In this document: piece by piece, positions 1-11,091 of the stretch
How positions within the stretch are numbered: the first letter of the stretch is position 1
Layout of the letters: every line of letters starts with the position of its first letter
Assembly (NCBI GenBank): GCA_947258875.1
Contig: CAMYKB010000001.1
Coordinates: 120,037-184,036 of the forward strand
Source of the DNA: an uncultured Gammaproteobacteria bacterium
GTDB taxonomy: Bacteria; Pseudomonadota; Gammaproteobacteria; CAMYKB01
Length of the DNA stretch: 64,000 nucleotides
Reading direction: 5' to 3'
Notes under the pieces: model-generated
The model's input: the letters and a program-made list of their open reading frames with translations, nothing else
Databases searched by the model: none
Told to the model about the DNA's origin: nothing
Program-made: the position numbers and the translations under genes

Positions 1-1415
1 CCCGTATCGCGGGCGCTGCCGGTTTCTCGGTGCGCGAAGACAAGGTCTATATTTACAAGTTTAAGGCTACCCTGCTGGTCTGCGGCGGTTGCGTGAACAT
101 TTTCCGTCCGCGTTCAGTGGGTGAAGGCACAGGTCGTGCCTGGTTCCCGGTATGGAATTCCGGTTCGACCTACTCCATGGCTGCTGAAGCCGGCGCCGAA
201 CTGACGCTGATGGAAAACCGCTTCGTACCCGCCCGCTTCAAGGACGGTTATGGCCCGGTTGGCGCATGGTTCCTGCTGTTCAAGGCCAAGGCTATGAACG
301 CCTTTGGTGAAGACTACCAGGAAAAGAACTACGAAGACCTGGCGGTCTACGGTTATGACAAATATGCCGAAGGTTTCAAGATGGGTACCTGCTTACGCAA
401 CCATCTGATGATGAAGGAAATGAGGGAAGGCCGCGGCCCGATCTTCATGGATACGCCGACGGCGATGGCCAACCTGGCTAAAAACATGACACCGAAGGAA
501 ATCAAGCACCTCGAGGCTGAGGCATGGGAAGACTTCCTGGACATGACCATCAGTCAGTGTGGTGTATGGGCTTGTGAAAACATCGAACCGGACAAACAAA
601 TGTCCGAACTGATGCCGACCGAACCCTACCTGCTGGGTTCACACGCCGGTTGCGCCGGTCTGTGGGTCTCTGGACCTGACGATCTGCCGGGTATGCCCGA
701 TCACTATCACTGGGGTTACAACCGCATGACCACGGTGAAGGGTCTGTTCACTGCCGGTGACGGCGCTGGTGCTTCCGGCCACAAGTTCTCCTCCGGTTCA
801 CACGCCGAGGGCCGTATTGCCGCTAAGGCAATGGTCAAGTATGTACTGGACAACAAGGACTACAAACCCGAGCTGGACCGTGACGTCAACGACATCGTTG
901 AAGAGATCTATGCGCCGGTACGTACCTACATGGAGCATAAGGACTACACCACCGCAATCGACATCAACCCGAACTACATCACACCCAAGATGTTCCAGTT
1001 CCGGTTACAGAAGGTGATGGACGAGTACGTGGCCGGTGTCTCCACCATGTACCAGACCAACAAAGCCATGCTGGAAGTGGCGGAACGCAAGCTGGAAATG
1101 CTGCGCGAAGACTCTTTCAAGATGCGTGCAAAAGACCTGCACGAACTGCTGCGCGCCTGGGAGAACTACCACCGCCTGATCGCGGCCTTTGCACACATGA
1201 AACATATCCAGTTCCGTGAGGAATCCCGTTATCCGGGTTACTATTACCGTGCTGATTATCTGCGCGTTGATGACGACAACTGGAAGTGCTTCGTGAATTC
1301 CACCTACGACCGTCACACCGGTGAGTGGCAGTGCAAGAAAGTACAGTACACCCAATTGATCAAACCCGCTGACGATGAACCGGCAGGTATCTCCAATCTG
1401 GGACCAACTGTATAA
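1..1415 (+). CDS. aprA: Adenylylsulfate (APS) reductase alpha subunit, 5'-truncated by the window edge
   Basis: Frame is open from the window start (RIAGAAGFSVREDK...). AprA motifs ENRFVPARFKDGYGPVGAWFLLFK, EAEAWEDFLDM, PTEPYLLGSHAGC, GHKFSSGSHAEGR and REESRYPGYYYRADY. Confidence 0.97.
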   Translation, partial: RIAGAAGFSVREDKVYIYKFKATLLVCGGCVNIFRPRSVGEGTGRAWFPVWNSGSTYSMAAEAGAELTLMENRFVPARFKDGYGPVGAWFLLFKAKAMNAFGEDYQEKNYEDLAVYGYDKYAEGFKMGTCLRNHLMMKEMREGRGPIFMDTPTAMANLAKNMTPKEIKHLEAEAWEDFLDMTISQCGVWACENIEPDKQMSELMPTEPYLLGSHAGCAGLWVSGPDDLPGMPDHYHWGYNRMTTVKGLFTAGDGAGASGHKFSSGSHAEGRIAAKAMVKYVLDNKDYKPELDRDVNDIVEEIYAPVRTYMEHKDYTTAIDINPNYITPKMFQFRLQKVMDEYVAGVSTMYQTNKAMLEVAERKLEMLREDSFKMRAKDLHELLRAWENYHRLIAAFAHMKHIQFREESRYPGYYYRADYLRVDDDNWKCFVNSTYDRHTGEWQCKKVQYTQLIKPADDEPAGISNLGPTV

Positions 1416-1442
1416 AGTAAGCCCGCAAAGGCTTATAATTGG

Positions 1443-1477
1443 GGCCGGGCATCGTAAGATGCCCGGCCTTTTCTTTT
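1443..1477 (+). terminator. Rho-independent terminator after aprA
   Basis: GGCCGGGCATC-GTAA-GATGCCCGGCC perfect stem followed by TTTTCTTTT. Confidence 0.85.
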
Positions 1478-1536
1478 CCCCCAAAGCAAAACGAGGCGTG
1501 CGCCGAAATAACGGCACATTCCGAGAGGTATTTAGC

Positions 1537-2445
1537 ATGTTTGACGCCGATGACATTAAACAGAACATTCCTGTGCAAAGCCCGGTACAACCGGACCAAC
1601 TCACTCTGGACAGTGAATTCCAGTTTAACTGCCACAAGGGCGTGACCTGCTTCAACGAATGTTGCCGTAATATCGATATTCAGATTACCCCTTACGATAT
1701 CCTGCGCCTGAAAAAACGCCTGGGTATGGATTCCAAGGAATTGGTGGCGCAATTTACTGTGCCCTTCGAGATGGATGGCCATGGCATGCCCGGCCTGAAG
1801 ATGGCTACCAAACCCAACACCAAGGCCTGCGTGTTCGTCACTGAGGACGGCTGTAGCGTTTACGAAGACCGGCCCGCAGCCTGCCGCTACTATGCACTCG
1901 GCAATATGGCGGTGCGCCCCAAGGATGAAGCCAAGGTCGATGACATTTACTTCGTCGTCAAGGAAGCCCACTGCCAGGGCCATGACGAACCCGTCACCCA
2001 GACGGTGCGCGAATACCGCCACAATCAGGGCGTGGATAAATACGATGAAATGAATCGCGAATGGCGCGACCTTATTATCAAGAAACGCTCCAGCGGTCCA
2101 ACTGTCGGCAAACCGTCGGAACGCAGCATGCAGTTATTCGATATGTGCAGCTACGACATGGACAGCTTCCGTGACTTTATCCAGAGCGAAGGCTTCAAGT
2201 CCGTGTTCGATATTGCCGACGAAGAAATCAATACAATGGTCGAAGACGAAGAAAAACTACTCGCCTTCAGCTTCCGCTTTATGAAGCAAGTGCTGTTCGG
2301 TGAACTTTCCATAGCACTCAAGGAAAAAGCGCGTGAACAACGCATTGAACAACGCAAAGATATCTGGGCTGAACGCAAGGATGACGAGGTCACTAAATAT
2401 CGTGAGGACCTGGAAGAGCAGAAATACTGCGGAGACCCGGATTAA
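1537..2445 (+). CDS. YkgJ/CxxCxxCC-family cysteine-cluster (Zn/Fe-S) protein
   Basis: FNCHKGVTCFNECC, CVFVTEDGCSVYEDRPAACRYY and HCQG motifs. ATG 1537 follows a GAGAGG RBS, so the ORF-track start at 1375 is likely too early. Confidence 0.85.
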   Translation: MFDADDIKQNIPVQSPVQPDQLTLDSEFQFNCHKGVTCFNECCRNIDIQITPYDILRLKKRLGMDSKELVAQFTVPFEMDGHGMPGLKMATKPNTKACVFVTEDGCSVYEDRPAACRYYALGNMAVRPKDEAKVDDIYFVVKEAHCQGHDEPVTQTVREYRHNQGVDKYDEMNREWRDLIIKKRSSGPTVGKPSERSMQLFDMCSYDMDSFRDFIQSEGFKSVFDIADEEINTMVEDEEKLLAFSFRFMKQVLFGELSIALKEKAREQRIEQRKDIWAERKDDEVTKYREDLEEQKYCGDPD

Positions 2446-2450
2446 AACAC

Positions 2451-2480
2451 GTAGCTTGGGGTGAGAAACGAACCCCAGCA
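2451..2480 (+). repeat. GTAG-type REP-like palindrome
   Basis: GTAGCTTGGGGTGAGAAACGAACCCCAGCA directly after a stop codon. A similar copy lies at 31212-31241. Confidence 0.6.
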
Positions 2481-2543
2481 GAGCCTTTTTCAAAATACTG
2501 TAAATCTCAAACCCTGAATTTATCAATCAACATCACATATCAT

Positions 2544-3068
2544 ATGAAAGTCACCAGAGTAGCCATCGTATCCGATACCCACGCCCATCTTGACCCGCGT
2601 GTTGCTGATGTTATCAGTACCTGCCAGATCGCCATCCATGCCGGTGATATCTGTGACGCCGGCATCCTGGAAGAATTACAGGCTCGCGTTGATACCGTCA
2701 TAGCTGTAGCTGGCAATAATGATCACGAACACGTCTGGCCGCACCACCAGTCACATATAGTCAACCAATTGGAAAATGTAGAAGAGATCGAACTTCCCGG
2801 CGGCATTCTCGTAGTCGAGCACGGGCATGCTCATGGCATGCAAACGCCCTGCCACGACTCGCTGCGCGAAACCCATCCCCATGCCCGCGCCATTGTTTAC
2901 GGTCACACCCACAAACAAATCTTTGATCAAAGTGCCGAGCCCTGGGTGATTAATCCCGGCGCTGCCGGGGAGACACGCACCCACGGAGGCCCGTCCTGTA
3001 TTGTCCTCACCGCGATGAAACATGAGTGGCTGGTCGATCTGCAACGGTTCCCACCTGTGGCTGCATAG
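2544..3068 (+). CDS. Metallophosphoesterase, YfcE/MJ0936 family
   Basis: SDTH, HAGD, GNND, HGH, YGHTH and INPG motifs. Confidence 0.92.
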   Translation: MKVTRVAIVSDTHAHLDPRVADVISTCQIAIHAGDICDAGILEELQARVDTVIAVAGNNDHEHVWPHHQSHIVNQLENVEEIELPGGILVVEHGHAHGMQTPCHDSLRETHPHARAIVYGHTHKQIFDQSAEPWVINPGAAGETRTHGGPSCIVLTAMKHEWLVDLQRFPPVAA

Positions 3069-3759
3069 CACTCAACATCAGCCATCGCTCTAGCTCTTTT
3101 TCGCGTATCGCACTATGTGTATCGAATCCAGACTTTCAACAGCTGAGTTCTGAGGTTGGCATCAAATTCAATCTGTGAATCAATAGATCTTTCTTCGGTA
3201 ATCATGACCGTGCCCGAGGCCCCTAGCAGTTGCCCACCAAAGCCAGATAGCCGCACGATGTACACCGGCTGAACGGCAAAGATCTGGTGTTCTTGGGTCC
3301 CGATTTCAATGAAGCGCACCGATCACAGGATTTAGAATCGAGCAGAAAACATCGAAAACAGTAAATACTTCCCCCAGACCGATGACGAATTCTCGCAGAC
3401 GATCCTGAGAAGCATAAATGCCTTCGTGCATGAGGATGCCGCGATCAGCAATAGTGAAAGTCTGTGCAACTCATGTGTAACAGCCAATGTGATCGGCAGG
3501 AAAGCTCAAAACAGTTTGTTTTTACTCACCCTGAAAGAGACCATCATAAAATACTTGTAGCATTCACCCTGGCCCTAGCAAAATATTTACTACCAATGCA
3601 CTGGTATATTCCCCCAGTACCGGCGCGAACTCTATGGCGCTGTTTGTGCAGCTCCGCACAGCCTTGTTCCATCAAAATTCATCCCGTATTATTTTCAGCT
3701 CTGCATGGCCATTAACGGCGCCGTTCCCAGCAAACTCGAAACCGGACACGAGTTACTGC

Positions 3760-4872
3760 TTAATCCGCAGCGTATCCATCGGTCAGGGTTCTTAAAAATG
3801 CCACCAGGTCATCTTCTTCTTGCTCTGTCAGCTGCAGATCTCCCAGTTCATCCTGATTCACGTTGGCAGCCACCTCAGGTTTGCCCCATTTATCACTGAC
3901 GTCGCGAGTATTGTAAAAATTCACCACCTCTTTCAAAGTTGTGAATATACCGTTGTGCATATAGGGTGCGGTTAATTCAATGTTGCGCAGAGTCATCACC
4001 TTGACCTTGCCGTCCTCCTCCTTTTTGCCCGTGGTAACACCCAGTCCACGGTCCACAAAGTCCTCACCGTCAGGATTGTAGATCTTGGCCATTTGATAGA
4101 AGGGATTTGTCTTGTTGGCGGGTGTACCCAGGTTATCGTAGGTAAAATCCGTAAACAGCGGCGCGCTACCATCCTCACCTGGGGCGCTGGGATGGCAGGC
4201 GGCACAATTGCCCTTGTCCTCGGCCTCAAACACCTGTAACCCGCGCATCTCTTGTTCGCTTAGTTGCACCTTACCTGCAAGATAGTAGTCATACTTGGAA
4301 GTGAATGGATTCAACTCATGGCTGCGCTCATAGGCCGCGATAGCCTTGCCAATATTTTGATGCGCCACCGTCACATCGTCCAGGGCATTCTCGCCGTATA
4401 CCTGTCTGAAGCGATCGGCATAATCCGCCTTGCGAACCTTGTCCACCAGTTCGGCGGGACTGGCATTGTTCATCTCCAACGGATTGAGAAAGGGTTGCAT
4501 GGCCTGTTCTTCCAGGGTAGCGGCGCGCCCATCCCAGAACTGGCCACCGACATAGAGGCCTTCTGTCGCATCAAAGTGAAACCTGGGACTGAAGCCAGCA
4601 TAAGCAACCGAAGGTGTATTGCGATGACCAAAACGATCCGCATGCACTCCTTGGGATACCGGCAGGTGTCGATCGGGGTCGGCGAAACCGTGCTGAACTG
4701 AGTGACAGCTGGCACAAGATTGGCCGGCGGGTGCAGAAAGATTGGTATCAAAAAACAGCACCTTGCCCAACTCGGCCTCGGCACTCAATTGAAGGGATGT
4801 GGCCGCATTCAAGTTACAGGGCCGCAGCCCCATGAGTGTCAAGGCAATCAAGATCAATACACACAGGCTCAT
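3760..4872 (-). CDS. Periplasmic di-heme protein of the bacterial CCP/MauG superfamily
   Basis: Signal-like N-terminus, LGKVLFFDTNLS, CASCH, GGQFWDGRA, CAACH, LRNIELTAPYMHNG and DLVAFLRTLTD. Start set at ATG 4872. Confidence 0.9.
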   Translation of the reverse strand: MSLCVLILIALTLMGLRPCNLNAATSLQLSAEAELGKVLFFDTNLSAPAGQSCASCHSVQHGFADPDRHLPVSQGVHADRFGHRNTPSVAYAGFSPRFHFDATEGLYVGGQFWDGRAATLEEQAMQPFLNPLEMNNASPAELVDKVRKADYADRFRQVYGENALDDVTVAHQNIGKAIAAYERSHELNPFTSKYDYYLAGKVQLSEQEMRGLQVFEAEDKGNCAACHPSAPGEDGSAPLFTDFTYDNLGTPANKTNPFYQMAKIYNPDGEDFVDRGLGVTTGKKEEDGKVKVMTLRNIELTAPYMHNGIFTTLKEVVNFYNTRDVSDKWGKPEVAANVNQDELGDLQLTEQEEDDLVAFLRTLTDGYAAD

Positions 4873-5195
4873 GTGGTGACCGTCACCCGTGGTTGTACGG
4901 GAAGGATAATAATTCCTTTCCCTAAAGCCTGCATCAATTGGCCAGCAGTTCACTTCGTTTCTCACCTGATAGTCGCGAAATCTTACTGAATTCTATCGTT
5001 CTCACTTTAATATTTTCTGCGTAGAACTCTGGAATTGATTGATTACAGCAAGATGGTTCGGGCTATTTTCTCCATAACCTCCAAACCCAAAGGTGGCAAA
5101 TAAAATAGCCCGAGTATCAGGCCATAATCTCGCCAGGCGCCATCATGGCCAGCCGCAACCCACATCTTCTTGACCTCACCACAATAGTGATGCGA

Positions 5196-5657
5196 TCAGT
5201 TTACAACTTTCCAACTACCGTCAGCCTGGCGGCAAGCCGTACCATAGACTTTTTCCATACGTCCGCCGATCATTGCGTCAATAGTGTATTCCCGGCAGGG
5301 GCCTGTTGACGTCGCATAGGTACGTGTCGGCACGACGGTGTACTGACTCCCGGTATCAGGGTTACGCCATGTACTTGGCACACCGCTGCGCACGGTCTCC
5401 AATGAATGCGCTGTCTTCACACGATCTGTGTCGTCCATGGAGCGGCCGATTGAGCCACCGATTGACGCGCCTATGAGTGTACCTACAATGGTTGCAGCCG
5501 TTTTCCCATGCCCCCTTCCTACTTCCTGCCCTAAAATACCTCCCAGCACACCACCGATGACCATGCCTGCCTGCTCATTTGGCCCACCACTGGTAGCACA
5601 TCCAGATAACACAAGCGCACCAGCAAAAATCGTTGCTATCAAAGATTTGGCGTTCAT
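5196..5657 (-). CDS. 17-kDa surface-antigen-like glycine-zipper lipoprotein
   Basis: Lipobox LSGC, GxxxG zipper, WRNPDTG and CREY...ACRQADGSW. Confidence 0.88.
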   Translation of the reverse strand: MNAKSLIATIFAGALVLSGCATSGGPNEQAGMVIGGVLGGILGQEVGRGHGKTAATIVGTLIGASIGGSIGRSMDDTDRVKTAHSLETVRSGVPSTWRNPDTGSQYTVVPTRTYATSTGPCREYTIDAMIGGRMEKVYGTACRQADGSWKVVN

Positions 5658-5727
5658 ATCATGACACCTCATAGGGACAGTGGAAAATATGCAGCAGTAA
5701 TTCTATTCAGTCTTGTTAGTAAAGCGA

Positions 5728-5741
5728 TTGACCTTGATCAA
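5728..5741. promoter_or_regulatory. FNR/Anr-type box upstream of the 17-kDa lipoprotein gene
   Basis: TTGAC-CTTG-ATCAA, 1 mismatch to TTGAT-N4-ATCAA, about 70 bp upstream of the minus-strand start. Confidence 0.6.
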
Positions 5742-6165
5742 ACGCATACTAGAATCTGCAACAAATGAGTCCGATCTATATCCAGCCGGCGCTACCAGGG
5801 AGGCTCTAGCCATGGCGGGAATTCTGTTATTGCGCTCACCGCAATAGGACACCAATAGACTGATGAGCTGCAGCGTTTTTCGCCGAAAGCGGCCTAATCT
5901 AATGAACTAAGGGCGTGTTAAGGAAAATTATTGCAATAAGACTATTGTAATCGCATCACATACATAGCTACACAATCGCGCCAGTATCTTCCGTGAGATC
6001 AACAGCTCGCATAGATATCAATATTCAGAATATCGGCCGCATTGACCAGCCGGATTCAGTATGACATGCTGTATTTGGCGGCGATCATGCGCCTGCCTGT
6101 AGATGCTGAACATATAAGGTGAGTCAGCAGAAGTGAATAAAGGTCAGTATGGAGTTGTAGCGGCC

Positions 6166-6495
6166 ATGAAAGCCATAGTTGAGCACCGAAGCGAAAAGCG
6201 TGTGGAGGTTGAGGGATTAACACTTTGCCGTTCCATGAAAGAAAGTCTTTATATCCCAAGCAGAATACAGGATTTGAGTCCGAGCGGCTTGTTTCTTTGG
6301 GCTGAAGACGCTTTTTCAACAGGCGAGAATATCGAGGTTGTGTTCGCGCCTGATGTGAAGGGTCATGATTCAACCAAGTACATAGCCGAAGTCGTGCGCA
6401 TGCATCCGGAAATGAATCGGGACTTTTTTGGTTACGGTTGCAAGATAAAATCCAGCGAAACGATTACCAACATATCTATCGGACAAGCCACCTGA
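6166..6495 (+). CDS. Stand-alone PilZ-domain protein
   Basis: RxxxR (RSEKR) and DxSxxG (DLSPSG) c-di-GMP motifs, plus AEVVR...YGCK. Start is 6166 ATG or 6133 GTG. Confidence 0.8.
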   Translation: MKAIVEHRSEKRVEVEGLTLCRSMKESLYIPSRIQDLSPSGLFLWAEDAFSTGENIEVVFAPDVKGHDSTKYIAEVVRMHPEMNRDFFGYGCKIKSSETITNISIGQAT

Positions 6496-6747
6496 CATCA
6501 GACCCCTCTTGCGGCTTGAGCCGCACGCTATCGCATGGCCTGACTGCCCCGCTGTTTTTAGCGCATATACATCCCGTATTCATAATAACCTCTAGCAGTT
6601 GATAAACTCCTGCTGAAATCAGCTAATGCCGCAACTAAAATCTTGTAGATCACCAGCCCATTACGAACAGTGAGCGACTTGATGAGACGTAAATTCGCCA
6701 CCCTTCATAAATCACCAACTGATGCCTCAATCATGCAATAACGCATC

Positions 6748-7170
6748 ATGCATCATCTAATCTATGTCAGCACAGCAACCCAGCCGATGAGTGAAGATGA
6801 GCTCATGCAACTATTACAGCAAAGCAGGAGGCGTAACAAATCTTTAAAATTAACTGGAATGTTGCTTTACAAAGAGAACCACTTTATGCAGGTTCTTGAA
6901 GGCGACAAAAATAACGTCGCCGAGATTTATGCAAAAATTGAAGGTGATACACGCCACAAAAAACTAGACGTCTTGAGGTCTGAGCATATAACAGAACGCA
7001 ATTTCCCCGACTGGTCAATGGGTTTTACTAACCTACGAAGATGGGATCTTGTCAACCATGAGGGATTTGTACCATTTCTCGACAAAGATTTCAGATCTCC
7101 TTTCTTCAAGGAGCACTCGATTGAAGCGCATGCTCTACTGTTGTACTTTAAAAACGACCCGCAGACATGA
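6748..7170 (+). CDS. Stand-alone BLUF blue-light sensor
   Basis: LIYVS (Tyr), RRRN, LTGMLLY, FMQVLEG (Gln), DTRH and RNFPDWSM (Trp/Met). Confidence 0.93.
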   Translation: MHHLIYVSTATQPMSEDELMQLLQQSRRRNKSLKLTGMLLYKENHFMQVLEGDKNNVAEIYAKIEGDTRHKKLDVLRSEHITERNFPDWSMGFTNLRRWDLVNHEGFVPFLDKDFRSPFFKEHSIEAHALLLYFKNDPQT

Positions 7171-7233
7171 ATCCTTTGTTAGCCGTGGCCTACAGCATTC
7201 AACCGATCATCTGTTCTAATCCGGGCCCAGTCG

Positions 7234-10200
7234 TCAGGACGAAAGTGTCATCAGATGGGCATTACCACCCGCTGCGGTGGTATCGGTGCTGCAGACTCGT
7301 TCCGTCGCAAACCGGTATAAATAATGTGGTCCACCCGCCTTGGGTCCGGTACCCGAAAGCCCCTCGCCACCAAACGGCTGTACACCGACGACGGCACCAA
7401 TCTGGTTACGATTCACATAGGCATTACCAACTTTGAGTTTATCAAGAATATAGGCAATGCGTTCATCGATGCGACTATGGATTGATACGGTCAGGCCATA
7501 ACCAGTGGCATTGATATTATCAATTACTGTATCCAGGTCTTGCAGGCGGTAGCGAATCACATGCAGGATGGGGCCGAATACTTCGCCCTGCAGTTGATCC
7601 AGGCGTTCGATCTCAAAGGCACAGGGCGCGAAGTAGTATCCATCCGGCAAGTCGTCCGCTAAACCAACCTGGTAGACCAACTGCCCTTCCCTGTGCATAC
7701 GCTGCGCATGCTCACGCAGCATGACCAGTGCATCTGCATCGATCACTGGCCCCACATCCGTGGTCAGCAAAGCCGGATCTCCAACCTCTAACTCAGCCAT
7801 TGCACCGGCGATCATCTCTAGCTGTTGAGCCGCGATATCTTCCTGCAGGAACAGCACACGCAACGCTGAACAACGTTGCCCCGCACTTTGGAAAGCAGAC
7901 TGCAGGACATCGCGAGTGACTTGCTCCGGCAACGCAGATGAATCAACAATCATGGTATTCTGTCCGCCGGTTTCTGCAATCAGTGGAACAATAGCTGCAT
8001 CGCGTGCCGCCAGTTTGCGGTTTATCAACCAGGCCGTTTCAGTTGAGCCGGTAAACGCCACCCCAGCAAGCTGTGGCATCGAGAGCACTACCTCGCCAAT
8101 GCTTGGGCCATCACCTGGCAGTAACTGCAGGACATCGAGCGGGACACCGGCATGATGCAGCAGTTGCACCGCCAGCGACGCAACCAAGGGGGTCTGTTCT
8201 GCCGGCTTGGCGAGCACTGTGTTACCCGCACAAAGCGCGGCAGCTATCTGGCCCGTAAAAATTGCCAGAGGAAAATTCCAGGGTGAAATACATAAAAACA
8301 CACCGCGGCCATGCCAGCGTAATTCGTTACGTTCACCCGTGGGCCCTGACAAGGAAATCGGTGACGCGAACAGCGTCCGCGCCTGCACGGCATAATAACG
8401 CAGAAAATCGACAGCCTCGCGCAGCTCTGCGATCGCATCAGGTATCGATTTACCGGCCTCCTTTACCAAAAGCGCGAGCAATCGCGCGCGTTGATTCTCG
8501 AACTCCTGTGCCGCGCGCTCCAGCGCCGCCGCCCTTTGTTCGACAGATATATTTTCCCATGAACAAAACGCCGACCTGGCTTTCTTGAAGGCATGCTGCG
8601 CATGCGCCTGTGTAGCAAATTGTGCATGACCTACACATTCGCCACAATCGGCAGGATTTAAAATGGCTATGGGATTCGTCTCATCAGTATCTCTGTATCC
8701 ACTGGGTATTGCTCCATGTTCTGTTGTCAGCTCCGCCTGCAGGCTTTGTTGCAATTGTTGCAATGCCAAGGGGTCAGCCAGATCGATACCTTCACTATTG
8801 ATTCTGCATTCGCCGAAGATGTCCCGCGGCAACGGGATACGCGGATGTGGCAGCGGATCGGCAGCAGAAGCTTTCTCAACAGGGTCGGCAAGCAACTCAT
8901 CGAGTGATGCATTCTGAGCTGCAATCTGGTTAACAAATGATGTATTGGCGCCATTTTCCAGTAAGCGCCGCACCAGGTAGGCCAGCAGATCACGATGACG
9001 CCCTACCGGCGCGTAGATCCTACATGGATGCCCCCCTGCAGTTATGGCCTCATAGAGCGCCTCGCCCATGCCATGCAAGCGCTGGAACTCATATTCCTTG
9101 CCTTCCGCCAGTTCCAGGATAGTCGCTGCGGTCTGGGCATTGTGTGTCGCAAAGCACGGATAAAGTGCGACTGGTGCTGCAAGCATTCGTCGTGCACAGG
9201 CAACATATGACACATCGGTAAACAGCTTGCGCGTAAACACCGGATAATTGCTAAAGCCACCCACCTGGCTGTGTTTGATCTCCGTATCCCAGTATGCGCC
9301 CTTGACCAGCCTCAACATGATGCGCCGCCTTGCGCGCTGCGCAAGATCGATCGCCCAATCGATAACAGGCACCGCACTTTTTTGGTACGCCTGCACTGCC
9401 ATCCCCAACCCATCCCAACCACGTAGCCCTGGGTCTAGGGCGAGTATCTCGATCACATCGAGCGACAAGTCAAGCCGGTCGGCCTCCTCGGCATCGACAC
9501 ACAGGCCTATACCCTGTTGCCGTGCCAGTCGCGCCAGCTCCAGAATGCGTGGCGTTAACTCCGCAAGCACACGATCACGCTGCGCGTATTCATAACGTGG
9601 ATGTAAGGCCGATAACTTGACCGAGATACCAGGCGCCTCAATAGGAGTTTGCCCCTGGTGTCCTGCCATGGAGCCAATTGCATGCGCATAGGCATCAAAA
9701 TAGGCACGCGCATCGGACATCGTGCAAGCGGCCTCGCCCAACATGTCATAGGAATAACGATAGCCCTTGCGCTCCTCATTGAGTGCGCGCTTTTTCGCCT
9801 GTTCGATGGTTTCACCTAATACGAACTGGCTACCGAGCAAAGACACCGCCCTCACGACGAGACTGCGAATGACCGCCTCACCGTAGCGCTGCAGCAAACG
9901 TTGCAGAACATCACCGAGGCCACTACTCGCTGCGCCGCGCTCGACACCAATCACGCGATCGGTAAACATCAACGCCCAGGCCGAGGCATTAACAAATAAA
10001 TGTTCTGACTTACCAATATGCTGCGCCCATTCAGCCGCACCTATCTTGTCGCGGATGAGTGCGTCAACCGTGGCACCGTCGGGTATCCGTAACAGCGCCT
10101 CAGCCAAGCACATCAACACAACCCCTTCCTGCGTCGACAGTTCAAACTCCTGCAGTAACGCATTGATACCACCCGAACGCAACTGCCTGTCCTGCAAGTA

Positions 10201-10383
10201 TTCCGCAAGCCGTCGCGAGGTAATATATATTCTCGACTTGAGTTCCTCAGGTAGCTGCGCCTGCTGCAAGCGCTCGATGACACAGGCTCCTTCATCGCAG
10301 CGATAGGCGGCGCGCGCGGCGCGCCGCTGCGCCGAGACACGAGGTAACGGGTGCTCCCACAAAATTCTGGCTTTATTAGGCAT
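7234..10383 (-). CDS. putA: Bifunctional proline dehydrogenase / glutamate-semialdehyde dehydrogenase
   Basis: [57 protein letters not shown] and [10 protein letters not shown]. No N-terminal RHH domain. Confidence 0.97.
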   Translation of the reverse strand: MPNKARILWEHPLPRVSAQRRAARAAYRCDEGACVIERLQQAQLPEELKSRIYITSRRLAEYLQDRQLRSGGINALLQEFELSTQEGVVLMCLAEALLRIPDGATVDALIRDKIGAAEWAQHIGKSEHLFVNASAWALMFTDRVIGVERGAASSGLGDVLQRLLQRYGEAVIRSLVVRAVSLLGSQFVLGETIEQAKKRALNEERKGYRYSYDMLGEAACTMSDARAYFDAYAHAIGSMAGHQGQTPIEAPGISVKLSALHPRYEYAQRDRVLAELTPRILELARLARQQGIGLCVDAEEADRLDLSLDVIEILALDPGLRGWDGLGMAVQAYQKSAVPVIDWAIDLAQRARRRIMLRLVKGAYWDTEIKHSQVGGFSNYPVFTRKLFTDVSYVACARRMLAAPVALYPCFATHNAQTAATILELAEGKEYEFQRLHGMGEALYEAITAGGHPCRIYAPVGRHRDLLAYLVRRLLENGANTSFVNQIAAQNASLDELLADPVEKASAADPLPHPRIPLPRDIFGECRINSEGIDLADPLALQQLQQSLQAELTTEHGAIPSGYRDTDETNPIAILNPADCGECVGHAQFATQAHAQHAFKKARSAFCSWENISVEQRAAALERAAQEFENQRARLLALLVKEAGKSIPDAIAELREAVDFLRYYAVQARTLFASPISLSGPTGERNELRWHGRGVFLCISPWNFPLAIFTGQIAAALCAGNTVLAKPAEQTPLVASLAVQLLHHAGVPLDVLQLLPGDGPSIGEVVLSMPQLAGVAFTGSTETAWLINRKLAARDAAIVPLIAETGGQNTMIVDSSALPEQVTRDVLQSAFQSAGQRCSALRVLFLQEDIAAQQLEMIAGAMAELEVGDPALLTTDVGPVIDADALVMLREHAQRMHREGQLVYQVGLADDLPDGYYFAPCAFEIERLDQLQGEVFGPILHVIRYRLQDLDTVIDNINATGYGLTVSIHSRIDERIAYILDKLKVGNAYVNRNQIGAVVGVQPFGGEGLSGTGPKAGGPHYLYRFATERVCSTDTTAAGGNAHLMTLSS

Positions 10384-10577
10384 TAACACCACCCTGACGA
10401 GAAGACATCTGTGATAAACACAAAACCAGTTTCGTTAAATCAGCCTACTCGTGGGCTGCCGTGCAGGTCAAGGAAATTGCAATACGAGTCTGTCGCTCGA
10501 TACAGAACAAGCGGCATCCTTATAATCCTTGTATATTTAATCTTGTCACGAGAATTGAATTACAGAATACTACAAAC

Positions 10578-11075
10578 ATGGACATCCGCATCAGACACGC
10601 AGAACCTGTAGACGCCGAGGCCATACAGAAGATATACGCCACTCCAAACGCATACACAGGCACCTTGCAGCTGCCCTACCCGTCTGTCGAGATGTGGCGT
10701 AAACGTTTAACTGCAGCACCAGATGGTTTAATAACGCTTGTCGCCGCTATCAACGAGGAGGTCGTCGGCAGCCTGGGTCTGCTAACAAAACCCTCGACCC
10801 CCAGAACCCGCCATATCGGGCACATCGGTATGGGTGTACGTGACGACCAGCAAGGTCGAGGGGCGGGTAATGCGCTGGTGAAGGCCGCAGTGGATATGGC
10901 CGACAATTGGCTCAATCTGATACGCCTGGAGCTGAGTGTTTATACTGACAACGAACGCGCAATTTCACTCTATAAGAAGTACGGCTTTGAGGTAGAAGGT
11001 GAGATGCAGGCCTACGCCTTCAGGAACGGCGAGTATGTCAATGCCTACATGATGGCCAGACTGACATCCGACTGA
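10578..11075 (+). CDS. GNAT acetyltransferase (YhhY/AaaT-like)
   Basis: GTLQLPYPS, QGRGAG and ADNWLNLIRLELSVYTDNERAISLYKKYGF. Start set at ATG 10578. Confidence 0.9.
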   Translation: MDIRIRHAEPVDAEAIQKIYATPNAYTGTLQLPYPSVEMWRKRLTAAPDGLITLVAAINEEVVGSLGLLTKPSTPRTRHIGHIGMGVRDDQQGRGAGNALVKAAVDMADNWLNLIRLELSVYTDNERAISLYKKYGFEVEGEMQAYAFRNGEYVNAYMMARLTSD

Positions 11076-11091
11076 CCACAGACAATCGGGT

